Source: Octopus sinensis
Lineage: Eukaryota
Assembly: GCF_006345805.1 (NCBI RefSeq)
Contig: NC_043015.1
Coordinates: forward strand, 24,614,001 to 24,678,000
Length of the DNA: 64,000 nucleotides
Reading direction: 5' to 3'
A model generated the notes under the pieces. The model did not search any database. It saw nothing but the letters and a program-made list of their open reading frames with translations, and had not been told where the DNA came from. Every line of letters begins with the position of its first letter. The stretch's first letter is position 1. The position numbers and the translations under genes are program-made. Shown piece after piece: positions 39,856 through 51,984 of the stretch.

Positions 39856-40370
39856 TGGTTGGCTGGTTAGTTGGTTGGCACTCCGTCGGTTACAATGTTG
39901 AGGGTTCCAAAATGTATGTATCTATCTATATTTATGTATCTACATATGTGTGTATGCATATATATATATATATATATATATAGATAGATAGATACATAGA
40001 TATAGATATATATGTATGTGACACTCCATCTGTTACAGCGACGAGGGTTCCAGTTGATCCAATCAATGCAACAGCCTGTTCATGAAATTAACGTGCAAGT
40101 GGCTGACCCCTCGACAGACACGTGTACCCTTAACGAGATTCAGCATGTCCCAGAGTATGATAAAGCTGGTCCTTTGAAATACAGGTTCAGCAGAAACCGG
40201 AAGAAAGAGTACAGCAGGGTTCACCCCCACCCCCTCCCACTGTTGGAGCCTTGTGTAACTTTAGGTGTTTTCACTCAGTAAACACTCACAATGCCTGGTC
40301 TGGGAATCAAAACAGTGATCCTACGACCACGAGTCTGCAGCCCTAACCACAAGGCCATTGCACCTCCACA
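39856..40370 (-). mobile_element. tRNA-derived SINE (fourth family) with microsatellite-containing tail
   Basis: Minus-strand head ggaggtgcaatggccttgtggttaggg...ttttgattcccag; candidate TSD acaccattat at 39846-39855 and 40371-40380. Confidence 0.7.
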
Positions 40371-40379
40371 ACACCATTA

Positions 40380-40420
<41 letters not shown>

Positions 40421-40423
<3 letters not shown>

Positions 40424-40620
40424 GAAGCAAGCTAGCAGAATTGTTTGCATGCCAGGGAAAATATTAAGCAGTGTTTCATCCATCATCACGTTCTGAGTTC
40501 AAATTCCTCCGTGGTCAACTTTTCCTGTCCTCCTTACAAGGTTGATAAACTAAATACTAGTCAAGCATTGGGATCGATGTGATAGACTTCCCCATCCCTT
40601 CACCAAAATTAGAAAGAAAT
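40421..40620 (+). mobile_element. SINE family C
   Basis: gttctgagttcaaattcctccgtggtcaac plus a degenerate core. Confidence 0.7.
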
Positions 40621-40979
40621 ATTCTTCTTATTGTTATTCTCATCCTCATCAAGTGTTAGGAGCATCAAGGCATCAGTATTTGTGATATCTTTGCTTGACA
40701 TTTTCTTGGGTTCATTTTGAATTTCTTCTTTTTGAAGGAAGATTCAGATAAATGATAAATTAGAGGAATTCACTTCAACAGAATTAACTCCAAGACCCCT
40801 GAACGTGAGGCTCCAGCATGGCCACAATATCAAGACATAGTTACATCTAGGTGGGTGAGATGTTCACTCCACAACCTCTTGCTTCTGAGTTCAATCTCAC
40901 TGCTTGGTACCTAAGGGGTTTCTCTTTCATTTGCTCAGCAGATTTAAGGGTTTTAGCCCTTATCTGTTTGGTGTGCATT

Positions 40980-41280
40980 CATCATCATCATCATCATCAT
41001 CATCGCTTAACATCCGCTTTCCATGCTAGTATTGGTTGGACAATTTGACTGAGGACTGGAGAACCAGATGGCTGCACCAGGCTCCAATCTTGATCTGGCA
41101 GAGTTTCTACAGCTGGATGTCCTTCCTAACACCAACCACTCTGAGAGTGTAGTGGGTGTTTTTACGTGCCACCAGCACAAGGGCCAGTCAGGCGGCACTG
41201 GCAATGGCCATGCTCCAATGGTGTTTTTTACCTGTCATCTGCACAGGAGCCAGTCCAGCTGCATGGCAACGACATCACTT
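40980..41280 (-). mobile_element. RTE terminal cassette with short internal VNTR units
   Basis: (CAT)n then cgcttaacatccgctttccatgctag; gtgccaccagcac units. Similar copies at 46150-46550, 56300-56540 and 57165-57345. Confidence 0.8.
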
Positions 41281-41724
41281 GAATGTTACTTGTTTCTGTC
41301 ATTGGGCTGCAACCATTCTGAGGCACTGCCTTGACGGCTTTCTTCAAACTAATTGACACCTGTATGAAAATGTTTCAAGCGTTCAAGTTAGCTTCTTAGT
41401 CTCTTTTGCCAAACTGCAATGATATGGGGGCATAAATAAACAATCACCAGTTGTCAAGTGGTGGTGTGATGGTGGGGGACAAAGAAAAAAGCACATATGC
41501 ACACGTGCAGACACACACAAACACACACACACATGACAGGCTTCTTACAGTTTCCATCAAAGAAATCTACTTATAAGATTTTGGCTGGCCTGAAGCTGTA
41601 ATAGAAGACACTTGCCCATAGTCCCATGCAGTAATATGGAACCAGGAACCATGTTGGTGTAAAGCAATAAAGCAAACTTCTTACCACATAGCCACTCCTA
41701 CACCTTGTGCGTATGTGTGTGTGC

Positions 41725-41818
<94 letters not shown>

Positions 41819-43132
41819 CATACATACATACATACATACATACATACATACACTATATATAAGTCAGAGGTATGAGTGTGTGTGGCTTTATGGGTGTATG
41901 TATGAGTTTGTTGATGTGTGCACTATGCTAATGTATGTTGGCAGCATGGAATGTAGACGTATTTGAGGGAATTGGAAAAAAGCTTTTCTTTCAGTCTGCT
42001 ATGACATTTGTTCTACACTGAGTGGAAGCAACTCTGGCCTTTGGTAATTCCACGGTCACTTTGTTGAGAAGAACTTATTAATGAAGCCATTGTTCACTCT
42101 ATGTACCGTAAATGATAACCACACCAGTAAAAGAATAAATGGCAGTTCATGTTTATTTCATAATTATTGAGTTAATTTATCGTATTATTCCCCAAAAAAT
42201 TAAGTTAATCATTGCTATAAAACAGCCATCTGTTGAAGATGAGTTATTGAAGAGAAACTAGAATTTCGTGCAATGTTGCAATACAAAGTTATTAAGCAAA
42301 CAACACAAGACATACTTGATTTATTAAAAGTTCTGGACAGCCATAGAACAGCTATGAATGCAATCAAAATAAAATACGATGTCCCTGATGCTATATTAAA
42401 TAATCTCAGTGGATTCTATAGGTTTCCTTGCCAATCAATAATTATTCATTATGCAATTAGCGAATCAAACCAAATAAGAGGTGAATTAGAATTTTAAGTA
42501 CCATAACTTGAAGAAATTACAAAATATCTGCTCTTATATCCCCAGAATTATATTAATCCTGACACTTTGATGTGAAATTAAACTTTCTGCCAACTTATAT
42601 CATATAAATTTGTTTTGATGTGGTACTTTATGAATATTTCATAGCTCTTTCGCAATGCTTAAGACCTTTATTATATGCAAGCTCCAAAGAAATGGTTTTC
42701 TTCCAAATAGAATTAATATTAGAGAAAAGAATGAAAAGTAATTAAGTATCAGTTTAAATGCCATTCTCTTGTAACAGCAATCAATAAAGCACCTAAATGA
42801 CTTTAAGTGGACAGTTTGGAACAGTCAAGCTGGCATGCATGTCACGAAAGAAAATTTATTTTCCTAACTCTGACCTATTAATGAGTCGATCACTGATGTA
42901 TGCGATGTCAAAACCTACTAAGTTCCAAACAGGAAATTAGCATATTCACCCTAATCAAGTTATTATCTACCAAATTTATTGAATTCTACACACTGAAAGT
43001 AAACAAGTTTTTCCAAATTTAGCAGTTTATATGGAAGTTGATATTCAAAGTTGCTAAACATTAATACTATTTTAAAACTGTTGTTATGATTATTATTATA
43101 TATTATTATTATTATTATTATTATCATTGTTA

Positions 43133-43179
<47 letters not shown>

Positions 43180-43989
43180 TTATGTTGTTATTATTATTTT
43201 TATTATGATTATTATTATAATTGTCATCATCATTATTATAATTAAAAATTTTATTCCAGCTGATTGAAATAAAAGCTATATCTCTTATTTCTTATTGTTA
43301 TTTAGTCACAGGTCTACCTACATTGAACAAACCAATGACCAAAACTTCCCACCTGTGACAAACAAGGCTGTCTTTCCTCAGTTAGCTGAGGAAATAATTC
43401 TATGCGATCTGCCTATTTTAAGACTTTAAGATGTGAGATGACAGAAATTTAACATCTATTTCTAAGGAGGCCAAATGCATACAGTCTTCTTCATTGGCAT
43501 TTCATTTGACAAATCTTCAACAAACAATAACCAGTTGGTGCACTAACACTAAGTTTGGAATTCAAAAGAATTCTAAATCCTATTTTGACTTATTATGTCA
43601 TGTGTTAGCAACCTTATCCTTCAAAGATTGCTCTAAATTCAATTAAATCTCACCAAATTTTACTGTACACAACTTTATTGCAGTTTAAACTCATCAAAGA
43701 AATCACATTCTACTCAAACTTTCTACCAAATTCCAATACTGCAACATTGGCTTACAAATGTGTTTGACTTGAATATAAAAAGAGTTGCTCTTAAATAATT
43801 CTACGAGCTATATCACCTTTACACACACACACACATATATATATATATACAGAGAGAGTGCTTCAATTTGTCTCCAAGATAAATACATCCATTTGGACCT
43901 ATTGGTAATATAATTCAAAATTTTGTTTTGCATAAATTCAATTATTTACACATTATGCTTTCAAACAAGCCTTCATGAAGCAGGCTTAA

Positions 43990-44208
43990 CCCCCTCATTA
44001 CTGTATTTATTTGAGATGCTCTGCATTTCTTTCAATTATTTTAAATATAACAAAGAATTTAATAAAATAACTTAGTTATCATTAAGCTAGTGTTAGGAAC
44101 GTAAATTGTGACTAAGGTTTGGTGGAAGATTTTAATTCAAAACTTATGAAAATAAGACATTTGTACTCAGAGCTAGAGCCGGTTTCAGCCAGATTTGTAA
44201 CAAAAGGG
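43990..44208. mobile_element. piggyBac-type MITE
   Basis: TTAA at 43986-43989 and 44209-44212; ends ccccctcattac / gtaacaaaaggg. A related element ending ggtaacagaaggg-ttaa lies at about 61600-61820. Confidence 0.75.
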
Positions 44209-44233
44209 TTAAACATTATGTATTTGTGTGTGT

Positions 44234-44302
<69 letters not shown>

Positions 44303-45429
44303 GTATGTGTGTGTGTCTAAATCCCTCATGTTTTCTGACCAAAGATTTATACAGAGTATTCTCTAATCATTATTCCCATAATCTTACTAGAACTGCCATA
44401 GTACTGAAATATCATACAATGAACATATCATTAAACCTTTTTTTTCACCCACAACTACATCGTGATGAACCAATGACATCCTCAGATGCTTAACTTTGGA
44501 GTCAAAACTTCTCAGTATTTTATATACGAAATGTAGAATATTCTTCACCAATATTCAGATTCTAAAGTTTGTTAGCTTTCAACACTCAACTCTACTTTGG
44601 CACACTTAGCAGACTTGATGGTTGAAAATGTTAAACAAGCAACCCCTCTTTTTGTATATCAGGATTATATTTTTTTCAAAAAGCCCTGGTTTTATAAAAT
44701 TTTTAGAGTGTGGTTTTCAAGAGATTTGTTTCCTATAATAATAATTGCCCAGACAAATACTTTCTTGGATGTTTGCATATTCAAATGAGCGAACTAAAGC
44801 AACGTTTAATTATGCAAACAGCTGCAACAAGGGAGAAAGAAAAATACTCCCAAACAACTTTGCAATCAACTTTTTCTTGTAATTAATTGGTTGTTAATTT
44901 ATTTCACCTTTTTTCTGTGTCACATTGTAATACTTATATTACATTGTAATCCTTAGTTTGTAATCATGCAGATAACATACCTTTTATGGAAATGATCAGG
45001 ACATTTAAGCAGTTACCACAGGTCAGTGCTGAATATACTTTTTTATTCTTTTACTTGTTTCAGTCATTTTGATGGAGGCCATGCTAGAGCACTGCCTTGA
45101 AGGGTTTTAGTTGAACAAATCAACCCAAGGACTTATTATTTCTTTTAAGCCTGGTACTTATTGTACCGGTCTCCTTTTCTGAACCATTAAGTTATGGGGG
45201 TGTAAACACACAAACACTGGTTGTCAAGTGTTTGACGATGTCAGGGTGACAAACATAGACACAAATACATATATATATATGTATAAAGAATAAGAGGAGT
45301 TTAGTTCACTGGTGATCTAAACGAATAGGTACATTGTGTAAGTGCTATAATTGATCATCTGTTATGTTCCAAGTTCACAGCTGAGGTTGGAGCTAGGGAT
45401 CAATATTAGGCTTCCATATTAGCAGGTAA

Positions 45430-45785
45430 ATATTAGAGGAAAAAGGACAACAAAATGACCTATACCCTCTGGAAAAAGATGATCTGTGAACTTTATTCTT
45501 CTGTCTATGATTTTACTCATTTATAAACAGTGAATTCTCTGTCTGGAATTTTCCTACATACTCACCTTGTCTCTGATGCCAGAATACACAGTGTATGGAC
45601 ATGCAAGCCTATCACTTGGGATATTCCAGAAACAGCTGTAAGACATCCAATACTTATTTAATTGATTAATTAATTGGTTAATTAATTAATTAGTTAACTA
45701 CCTCAAATTCACTTTACACTAATTAAATATTCTAAATGACTCGAGATACTTGTCTTGGCTTTTGTTGTCCTTTTTCCTCTAATAT
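45430..45785. mobile_element. Element with perfect 26-bp inverted ends and an internal hammerhead-like motif (Penelope-related candidate)
   Basis: atattagaggaaaaaggacaacaaaa (45430-45455) and its reverse complement (45760-45785). Confidence 0.75.
45568..45645 (+). ncRNA. Degenerate type I hammerhead motif with palindromic stem III
   Basis: tgtct CTGATGC cagaata...tattcca GAAA cagctg TA agaca. Stem I tgtct/agaca, palindrome acagctgt, GUA site; A9 replaced by C. Confidence 0.55.
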
Positions 45786-46754
45786 ATAAATATATGACGG
45801 GCTTCTTTCAGTTTCCATCAACCAAATCCACTCACAAGGGTTTAGTAGGCATGAGGCTATAGTAGAAGACACTTGACCAAGGTGCCATGGAGTGGGACTG
45901 ACTCCAGAACCATGTGGTTGGAAATCAAGCTTCTTACCACACAGCCACACCTGTGAGGTAGATTATTAAGTATATATTAGCTCACCTGTGATCACTAATT
46001 CTTTCTAATCTCAAACATCTAAACAGATATTACAGAATAAGGGAGTATTTTGCAGAGGAAGAAGGCAGCTTAACTATCTAAAAATTCAAATGATATCCCA
46101 AACTCAGACTTCTGGTGAGTTGACAACCATTTTTCAATGTTCAAGCTACCACTTCATCATCATCATCATCATCATCATTATCATCATCATCATCATCATC
46201 ATCGTCATCATCATCGTTTAACGTCTGTTTTCCTTGCTGGCATAGGTTGGACTGTTCAACTGGGAAACCAGGAGGCTGCATGAGGCCCCAATCTGATCTG
46301 GCAGTGTTTCTACAGTCGGATGCCCTTCCTAACGCCAACCACTCCAAGAGTGTAGTAGGTGCTTTTTACATGCCACCGGCACAGGGACCAGAAGAGCTGG
46401 CATCGACCACGATCGGATGGTGCTTTTTACATGCCACCCAAGCAAAAGCCAGCCAAAGTGGCAATGGCATCGGCCACATTCGGATGGTGCTTTTTACATG
46501 TTACCAGCATGGGGCTCACAACTACAATTTCTAATTGATTTGATTTTGATATTTCTATAAGTAAACGTTGCAAAACCTGTTTTAAGAGTAATTCCTAACT
46601 CATTTGAATTTCTCACTGGCATATAATGTATTTTCTCTAAAAGTGCAGTTTTCTGCAACATACAACCTTCTGTTTATTATATCTAATTTGTACATCTTCA
46701 TCATCATCAGCCAAGGCATTTACTAATTCCTTGATATACTTTTATATATATATA

Positions 46755-46788
<34 letters not shown>

Positions 46789-48105
46789 TTTCAAGCCTCA
46801 TTTTGCAATTTTTCCTGGCAATTAATACAGAATAAGATTTCTTTTCCAGTCTGAAACACCGAAGAACTTATCTGAATTTTGAATTGGTTTATAGTGGCAC
46901 CAAATTAGTATTCTTCAAATGCAGATACTAACAAATTGCAAGGATATTTAAAATGAATTAAAGAAACTAGTGGAAACATCTCTTATCTGATAAGCAAACA
47001 AATACAATCAATGAATTGAAACAATAGTGGAGATCTGGGTTAAAATGTTGGAATATCTCATTGCTTCAGAAGATATTGTTGCTGTTGGATGAGAGCAGCT
47101 GATAGGGGCTGATACACATTAACCAAAATGTTATACTTTTTAAGTAGATGATGGATTAAGGTGAAGAATGATAATCCAAAGAACTCTTAGAACACATCTG
47201 CTCCCAGTCAGAGGCAATTATCCTCTTTAGAAGCTTTGTTTACTATAAACAAAATTGAAATATAATGAAAACAACTGCTTTAAAATACATATATAAATAC
47301 TAATAAAATACATGAAACATTCAGTTTGTTTTAATTTGCCAATAAAAAATAAAACTTTAGGATGTTTGTAATTTACTGATAAACTTTATGGTTCCAATGA
47401 GATACATGGAAGCTGATTTTTCTCTGCCTTTAATTAAAATCTACTTTCACTTTACTTCATTAAATCAGGAAAGGAAAAAAAATAAATGGAAGACATAAAA
47501 CTATTTCAAAAACACTGTAAACCAATCCCTTTGAACCGTATAAATTGCTGTTTTATGTAATTAATACCAATTCAATTAAAATTAATTGAAGTATACTATT
47601 ATATCTTTATTCTAATTAAAGTGTAATATATATCCTTGTTCCAAATATTTTTATTTCATGCAACTTCTCTTTTATTATCGTCAGATATGGGTTAATTGTG
47701 TACTTTGATTCAAGCCTGAATCTTTAGGGGAATTCTGTGGGGCTGGAAGAGGGAAAGGAAAAATGAGGGGTTCCTAATATGCCTGAGAATAGTATGAATA
47801 TAAGTGTAATGAGAATACACCTAATTAGGAATTGGAAACTAATTTATTGGCTCTGGTCACTGAAAATGAAGCGTAACACTACAAAATCCTTACAATGAAT
47901 TTGTAATTTCATCATTCATGGGTTCACAGGAACAACAACTGTTGACCTCTTCCTGATTCCTCGCTACCAATGTACATTAATATTGCTGTTGCCCCATGCT
48001 GTCTAATTCAACTATACCAACCCACACTGCTTCTTATATCATTTTCCGACTAATTCTGTCTTGCCAACTGCCAAAATATACTGATGTATAGTTGAGCCAA
48101 CAAAG

Positions 48106-48209
48106 GATCTTCACTTGGGGTGCTTTAAATGTACATACCAGAAATAGCAACCAAATCTTCCTTGAATCACACTCCATTGCATTAAATAACTGTCATATTG
48201 TACACTGTG

Positions 48210-48214
<5 letters not shown>
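48106..48214 (+). repeat. Left arm of a ~109-bp inverted repeat (partner 49860-49968)
   Basis: gatcttcact...tgtgcttta; about 4 differences from the reverse complement of 49860-49968. Confidence 0.9.
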
Positions 48215-48254
<40 letters not shown>

Positions 48255-48261
48255 CTATATA

Positions 48262-48294
<33 letters not shown>

Positions 48295-48379
48295 GTATGT
48301 ATATATATATACATACATATGTATATATAAATATATATATATACTTATATATTTTTGTATATATATATGTATGTATATG

Positions 48380-48419
<40 letters not shown>

Positions 48420-48451
48420 TATATATTGTTATATTTCGGAATGGTCATATT

Positions 48452-48577
48452 GCCAACAAAAACACACGCACTATATATTTGGTGTTATTTTGCTTCAGTG
48501 ATATTTATTTTTTAGCCAATAAAAACACACGCACTATATATTTGGTGTTATTTTGCTTCAGTGATATTTATTTTTTA
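48452..48577. repeat. 63-bp tandem duplication
   Basis: gccaa(c/t)aaaaacacacgcactatat...tttttta at 48452 and 48515. Confidence 0.9.
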
Positions 48578-48598
48578 CATTAATCTTAATCTTATTTC

Positions 48599-48643
48599 GG
48601 CCAAAGTTCTTTAGTCACACTCCTGTGACCGCATCAGTGGTCC
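48599..48643 (-). ncRNA. Degenerate hammerhead motif
   Basis: Minus strand ggacca CTGATGC ggtcac aggagt gtgact AAA gaac TT tggcc. Stem II ggtcac/gtgact and stem I gg(a)cca/tggcc form, but A9 is C and G12 is missing. Confidence 0.4.
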
Positions 48644-48697
48644 TTTGTTTTCTTCTCACTTACTTGTGTCTCTCCTTACTAACTGTCAGCCATTTTG

Positions 48698-48796
48698 TAA
48701 AGGTGCTCTAACATGACAGCTAAATTTCCCTGAATCATATTCTGTTTAAAACGAGATAACAATGGATAATAACCTTTTAGATACAATTTGTTAAAA
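48698..48796 (+). repeat. 99-bp direct repeat, copy 1 (copy 2 at 50287-50385)
   Basis: taaaggtgctctaacatgacag...atacaatttgttaaaa; identical in both copies by eye. Confidence 0.9.
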
Positions 48797-49048
48797 TCTT
48801 GCACAACAAATATTTAAACGTACTATATACATATATATATATATATAAGTTTTCCTTATTAAGTAGTTGTCCTTAATTGCTAAATTTTTATTCCGAAAAA
48901 ACTTTTCCTCTCCCGAAATGCAATTCGTAAAAGTTTGCCATTTATCCGGATGTAATATATGTAAACTCACCCATGTGCTTCGTTGATGTTGATCAGTTAG
49001 CTGATCGGCTTAAGCGGGGCAGGGTCGTTGTTTATTTATAATACATTC

Positions 49049-49096
49049 AGGCCTGCTGATGAATACGTAAGTATGAAATCACTGTGATACAGGTCT
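49049..49096 (+). ncRNA. Type I hammerhead ribozyme, copy 1
   Basis: aggcctg CTGATGA atac gtaa gtat GAAA tca ctg tga TA caggtct. 7-bp stem I (one G-U), 4-bp stem II with GNRA loop, stem III AUCA/UGAU, AUA site; predicted cut after 49089. Confidence 0.88.
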
Positions 49097-49527
49097 ATAT
49101 TTTTTAAATGTCTTACTTTGAAAAATTGCATTCGGTGGGATTAGTAATATTTTTGGTAGAAATGACTAATTGTCCCTCTTAGCGTGTGGCATTTATGTAT
49201 AATGCCTTCTGGCATGTATGTATAATGCCCTCTATATATAAATTAATATGTTCAATAAGAAATAATATTTTCGAAATTTTTTCTCTTATGAGGTTTTCAC
49301 GCTATCTACCTGACAATTTCTTGTTAAGTTTTCCTTATTAAGTAGTTGTCCTTAATTGCTAAATTTTTATTCCGAAAAAACTTTTCCTCTCCCGAAATGC
49401 AATTCGTAAAAGTTTGCCATTTATCCGGATGTAATATATGTAAACTCACCCATGTGCTTCGTTGATGTTGATCAGTTAGCTGATCGGCTTAAGCGGGGCA
49501 GGGTCGTTGTTTATTTATAATACATTC

Positions 49528-49575
49528 AGGCCTGCTGATGAATACGTAAGTATGAAATCACTGTGATACAGGTCT
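49528..49575 (+). ncRNA. Type I hammerhead ribozyme, copy 2
   Basis: Identical to copy 1 at +479; predicted cut after 49568. Confidence 0.88.
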
Positions 49576-49859
49576 ATATTTTTTAAATGTCTTACTTTGA
49601 AAAATTGCATTCGGTGGGATTAGTAATATTTTTGGTAGAAATGACTAATTGTCCCTCTTAGCGTGTGGCATTTATGTATAATGCCTTCTGGCATGTATGT
49701 ATAATGCCCTCTATATATAAATTAATATGTTCAATAAGAAATAATTATTTTCGAAATTTTTTCTCTTATGAGGTTTTCACGCTATCTACCTGACAATTTC
49801 TTGTTAAGTTTTCCTTATTAAGTAGTTGTCCTTAATTGCTATATATATATATATATATA

Positions 49860-49968
49860 TAAAGCACATTGTACAATATGACAGTTATTTAATGCAATGG
49901 AGTGTGATTCAAGGAAGATTTGATTGCTATTTCTGGTATGTACATTTAAAGCAGCCCCAGTGAAGATC
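49860..49968 (-). repeat. Right arm of the ~109-bp inverted repeat
   Basis: Begins directly after the (TA)n that follows the hammerhead array. Confidence 0.9.
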
Positions 49969-50286
49969 GTTTGTAAAAAGACAAGATGGCCATGACTGGA
50001 ATGTGTTACTGTCAATCTGTAGCAAGGAGTTTTGAAGTCTGCAAATGATAAGAGAAAGGATACTACATTGCTCTAAGCCTTTCACTTTAGATGAATGTGG
50101 TGAGGAGACAAGCATTCATAGCAGGACAAAAATAGATTTGGGCATTTATAAGTTTAGTTATGGATGAATGACAAACTCTTTATTGAGGTTGTGTAGATGA
50201 ACAATTAAAAATGTTAGTGGATCAAGGACTTCATGATAAAAATTGATCAAATGTGGAGGAGAGTTGGAGTTAATGAGGAGACACTA

Positions 50287-50385
50287 TAAAGGTGCTCTAA
50301 CATGACAGCTAAATTTCCCTGAATCATATTCTGTTTAAAACGAGATAACAATGGATAATAACCTTTTAGATACAATTTGTTAAAA
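50287..50385 (+). repeat. 99-bp direct repeat, copy 2
   Basis: Identical to 48698-48796. Confidence 0.9.
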
Positions 50386-51984
50386 AATAAAAGTGTCTGG
50401 AATGGCTTTTGGTATGATGCGTGTTTGGCTAAAAGTCGACCTTGGTCTAAATCACAATAGCAACATATATAAGTAAATCTTCTTTTTATTCATGGAGTGA
50501 CAGTATTTGTGAACATAATATAGATCTAATGTATGCATCAATCTTATTATTACATCATATCATTTCCCATCTCATGACCATATTTCTCATAAAATATATT
50601 ATATGTTCTTGTTACCCTTATTTTCATAAAATATGTCTTCAATTAATTTTGGAAATGCAGAAGAATTCTGGGGGACTTAATAAAATAACTGATGTGATCA
50701 TTATTAAGATGCTGTTTGGAAAATAACCTAGATGAAAGTTTCCTATAAAATTACTATGCAAGGTTTTCATTTACATGTGGACATTTTAAAATTGAGGGTG
50801 TTGTCTTACATAACTAGAAGTGAGACAGGTTGATATTGAAAGTTTCAACAGAAGCTCTTAATGAAATTATCAACCACAATGTGTTTTTCAACAAAGGACC
50901 TTACGTTTGCTATGTAATTAAGGGTAAGGTCATTATTTTAATATTGCTCATGAAAAGTCACACAATAGATGTAGTTACAGCTGAGAAACCTGGAAATACG
51001 AGTCACACATGAATGTCAATACTTGTTCCATAGATTGTCATTACAATGACAAAATTCCAGTGCATAATAATGTAATTGATGAAGAGACCATAGGTTGCCA
51101 AGCTGAAATCAACTGCAATTGTTTCACTGTGTGTTCACTATTCATTGATAATGACTATGAAAACTAGCTTGTGAAACATATGTTATTGAACAAAACCGAT
51201 TCATATGTTATGCAATATCCATTCACCTATTTATTCATGCTACCTTCCATTTTAATACGTGGTTCTTTGCTGAACCAATAGTGTAGCATACATAATGATT
51301 CGTAGAAGTTGGTTGCATGTATGGCATTGATTGTTCAAATGGCACCAAGGTCGACTTTGCATTTCATTTTTCCAAGGTTAATAGTGTTATATTCCTGAAA
51401 TTGATGTTACTTTCCATTTACTTTGTAAAAGTTATCCTTGTCAATTAAATTGATTTTGCTTTGTACAAGACATACCTAACAGATACATTCAATTGATATT
51501 GTTAACAACTACACTAACAAAATACTCTTACCTCCTTCTTTTCAATGTTTCTCCTTCTCGTTATCATTTAAAGATTTGTTTTCCATGCTGGCACAGAGAT
51601 GACAATTGACCAAGAGCCAGCAAGCCAGAGGATTGTGCCATGCTCTGCTTTGGTATGATTTCTATGGTTGAATAGTCTTTCTAAAGTCATATTTGGATAA
51701 ACCTGCTTTTAAAACCTGTAAGCCCAAACACTGGGACACAGGGACTTTTAGCAGTAATTCATTCAGCTAATTCCCAACATTTACCACCACAGGATCAGAA
51801 ATGAACATACTACAAGCTCATAAAGTGGAAAAAAAGCAAAACACTGTTTTGCATATTCCTTTGAAAGACATTCCAGCAGATATGAAAATGTACATATGCT
51901 AATCACTGTTGTATTTCACTTTAAGAGAAGAAATTCCTTCAGACAATTTATGTTAACAACACATGCATGATTCAGTGATACAGA

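Larger units (their letters stand above)
45045..45955 (-). mobile_element. SINE family A split by an approximately 500-bp insertion in its (TA)n linker
   Basis: 3' half at 45045-45270 and 5' half at 45795-45955. Confidence 0.75.
48847..49840 (+). mobile_element. Hammerhead-containing tandem repeat (non-LTR retrozyme or Penelope pseudo-LTR dimer)
   Basis: Units 48847-49325 (479 bp) and 49326-49805 (480 bp, one extra T), plus a 35-bp partial third unit; no ORF; (TA)n on both sides; one hammerhead per unit. Confidence 0.85.

Noticed and set aside
51020-51110. Minus-strand hydrophobic frame LATYGLFINYIIMHWNFVIVMTIYGT after ttgatttcag
   Set aside because: Weak donor and an in-frame stop soon after; AT-rich DNA yields hydrophobic peptides readily.
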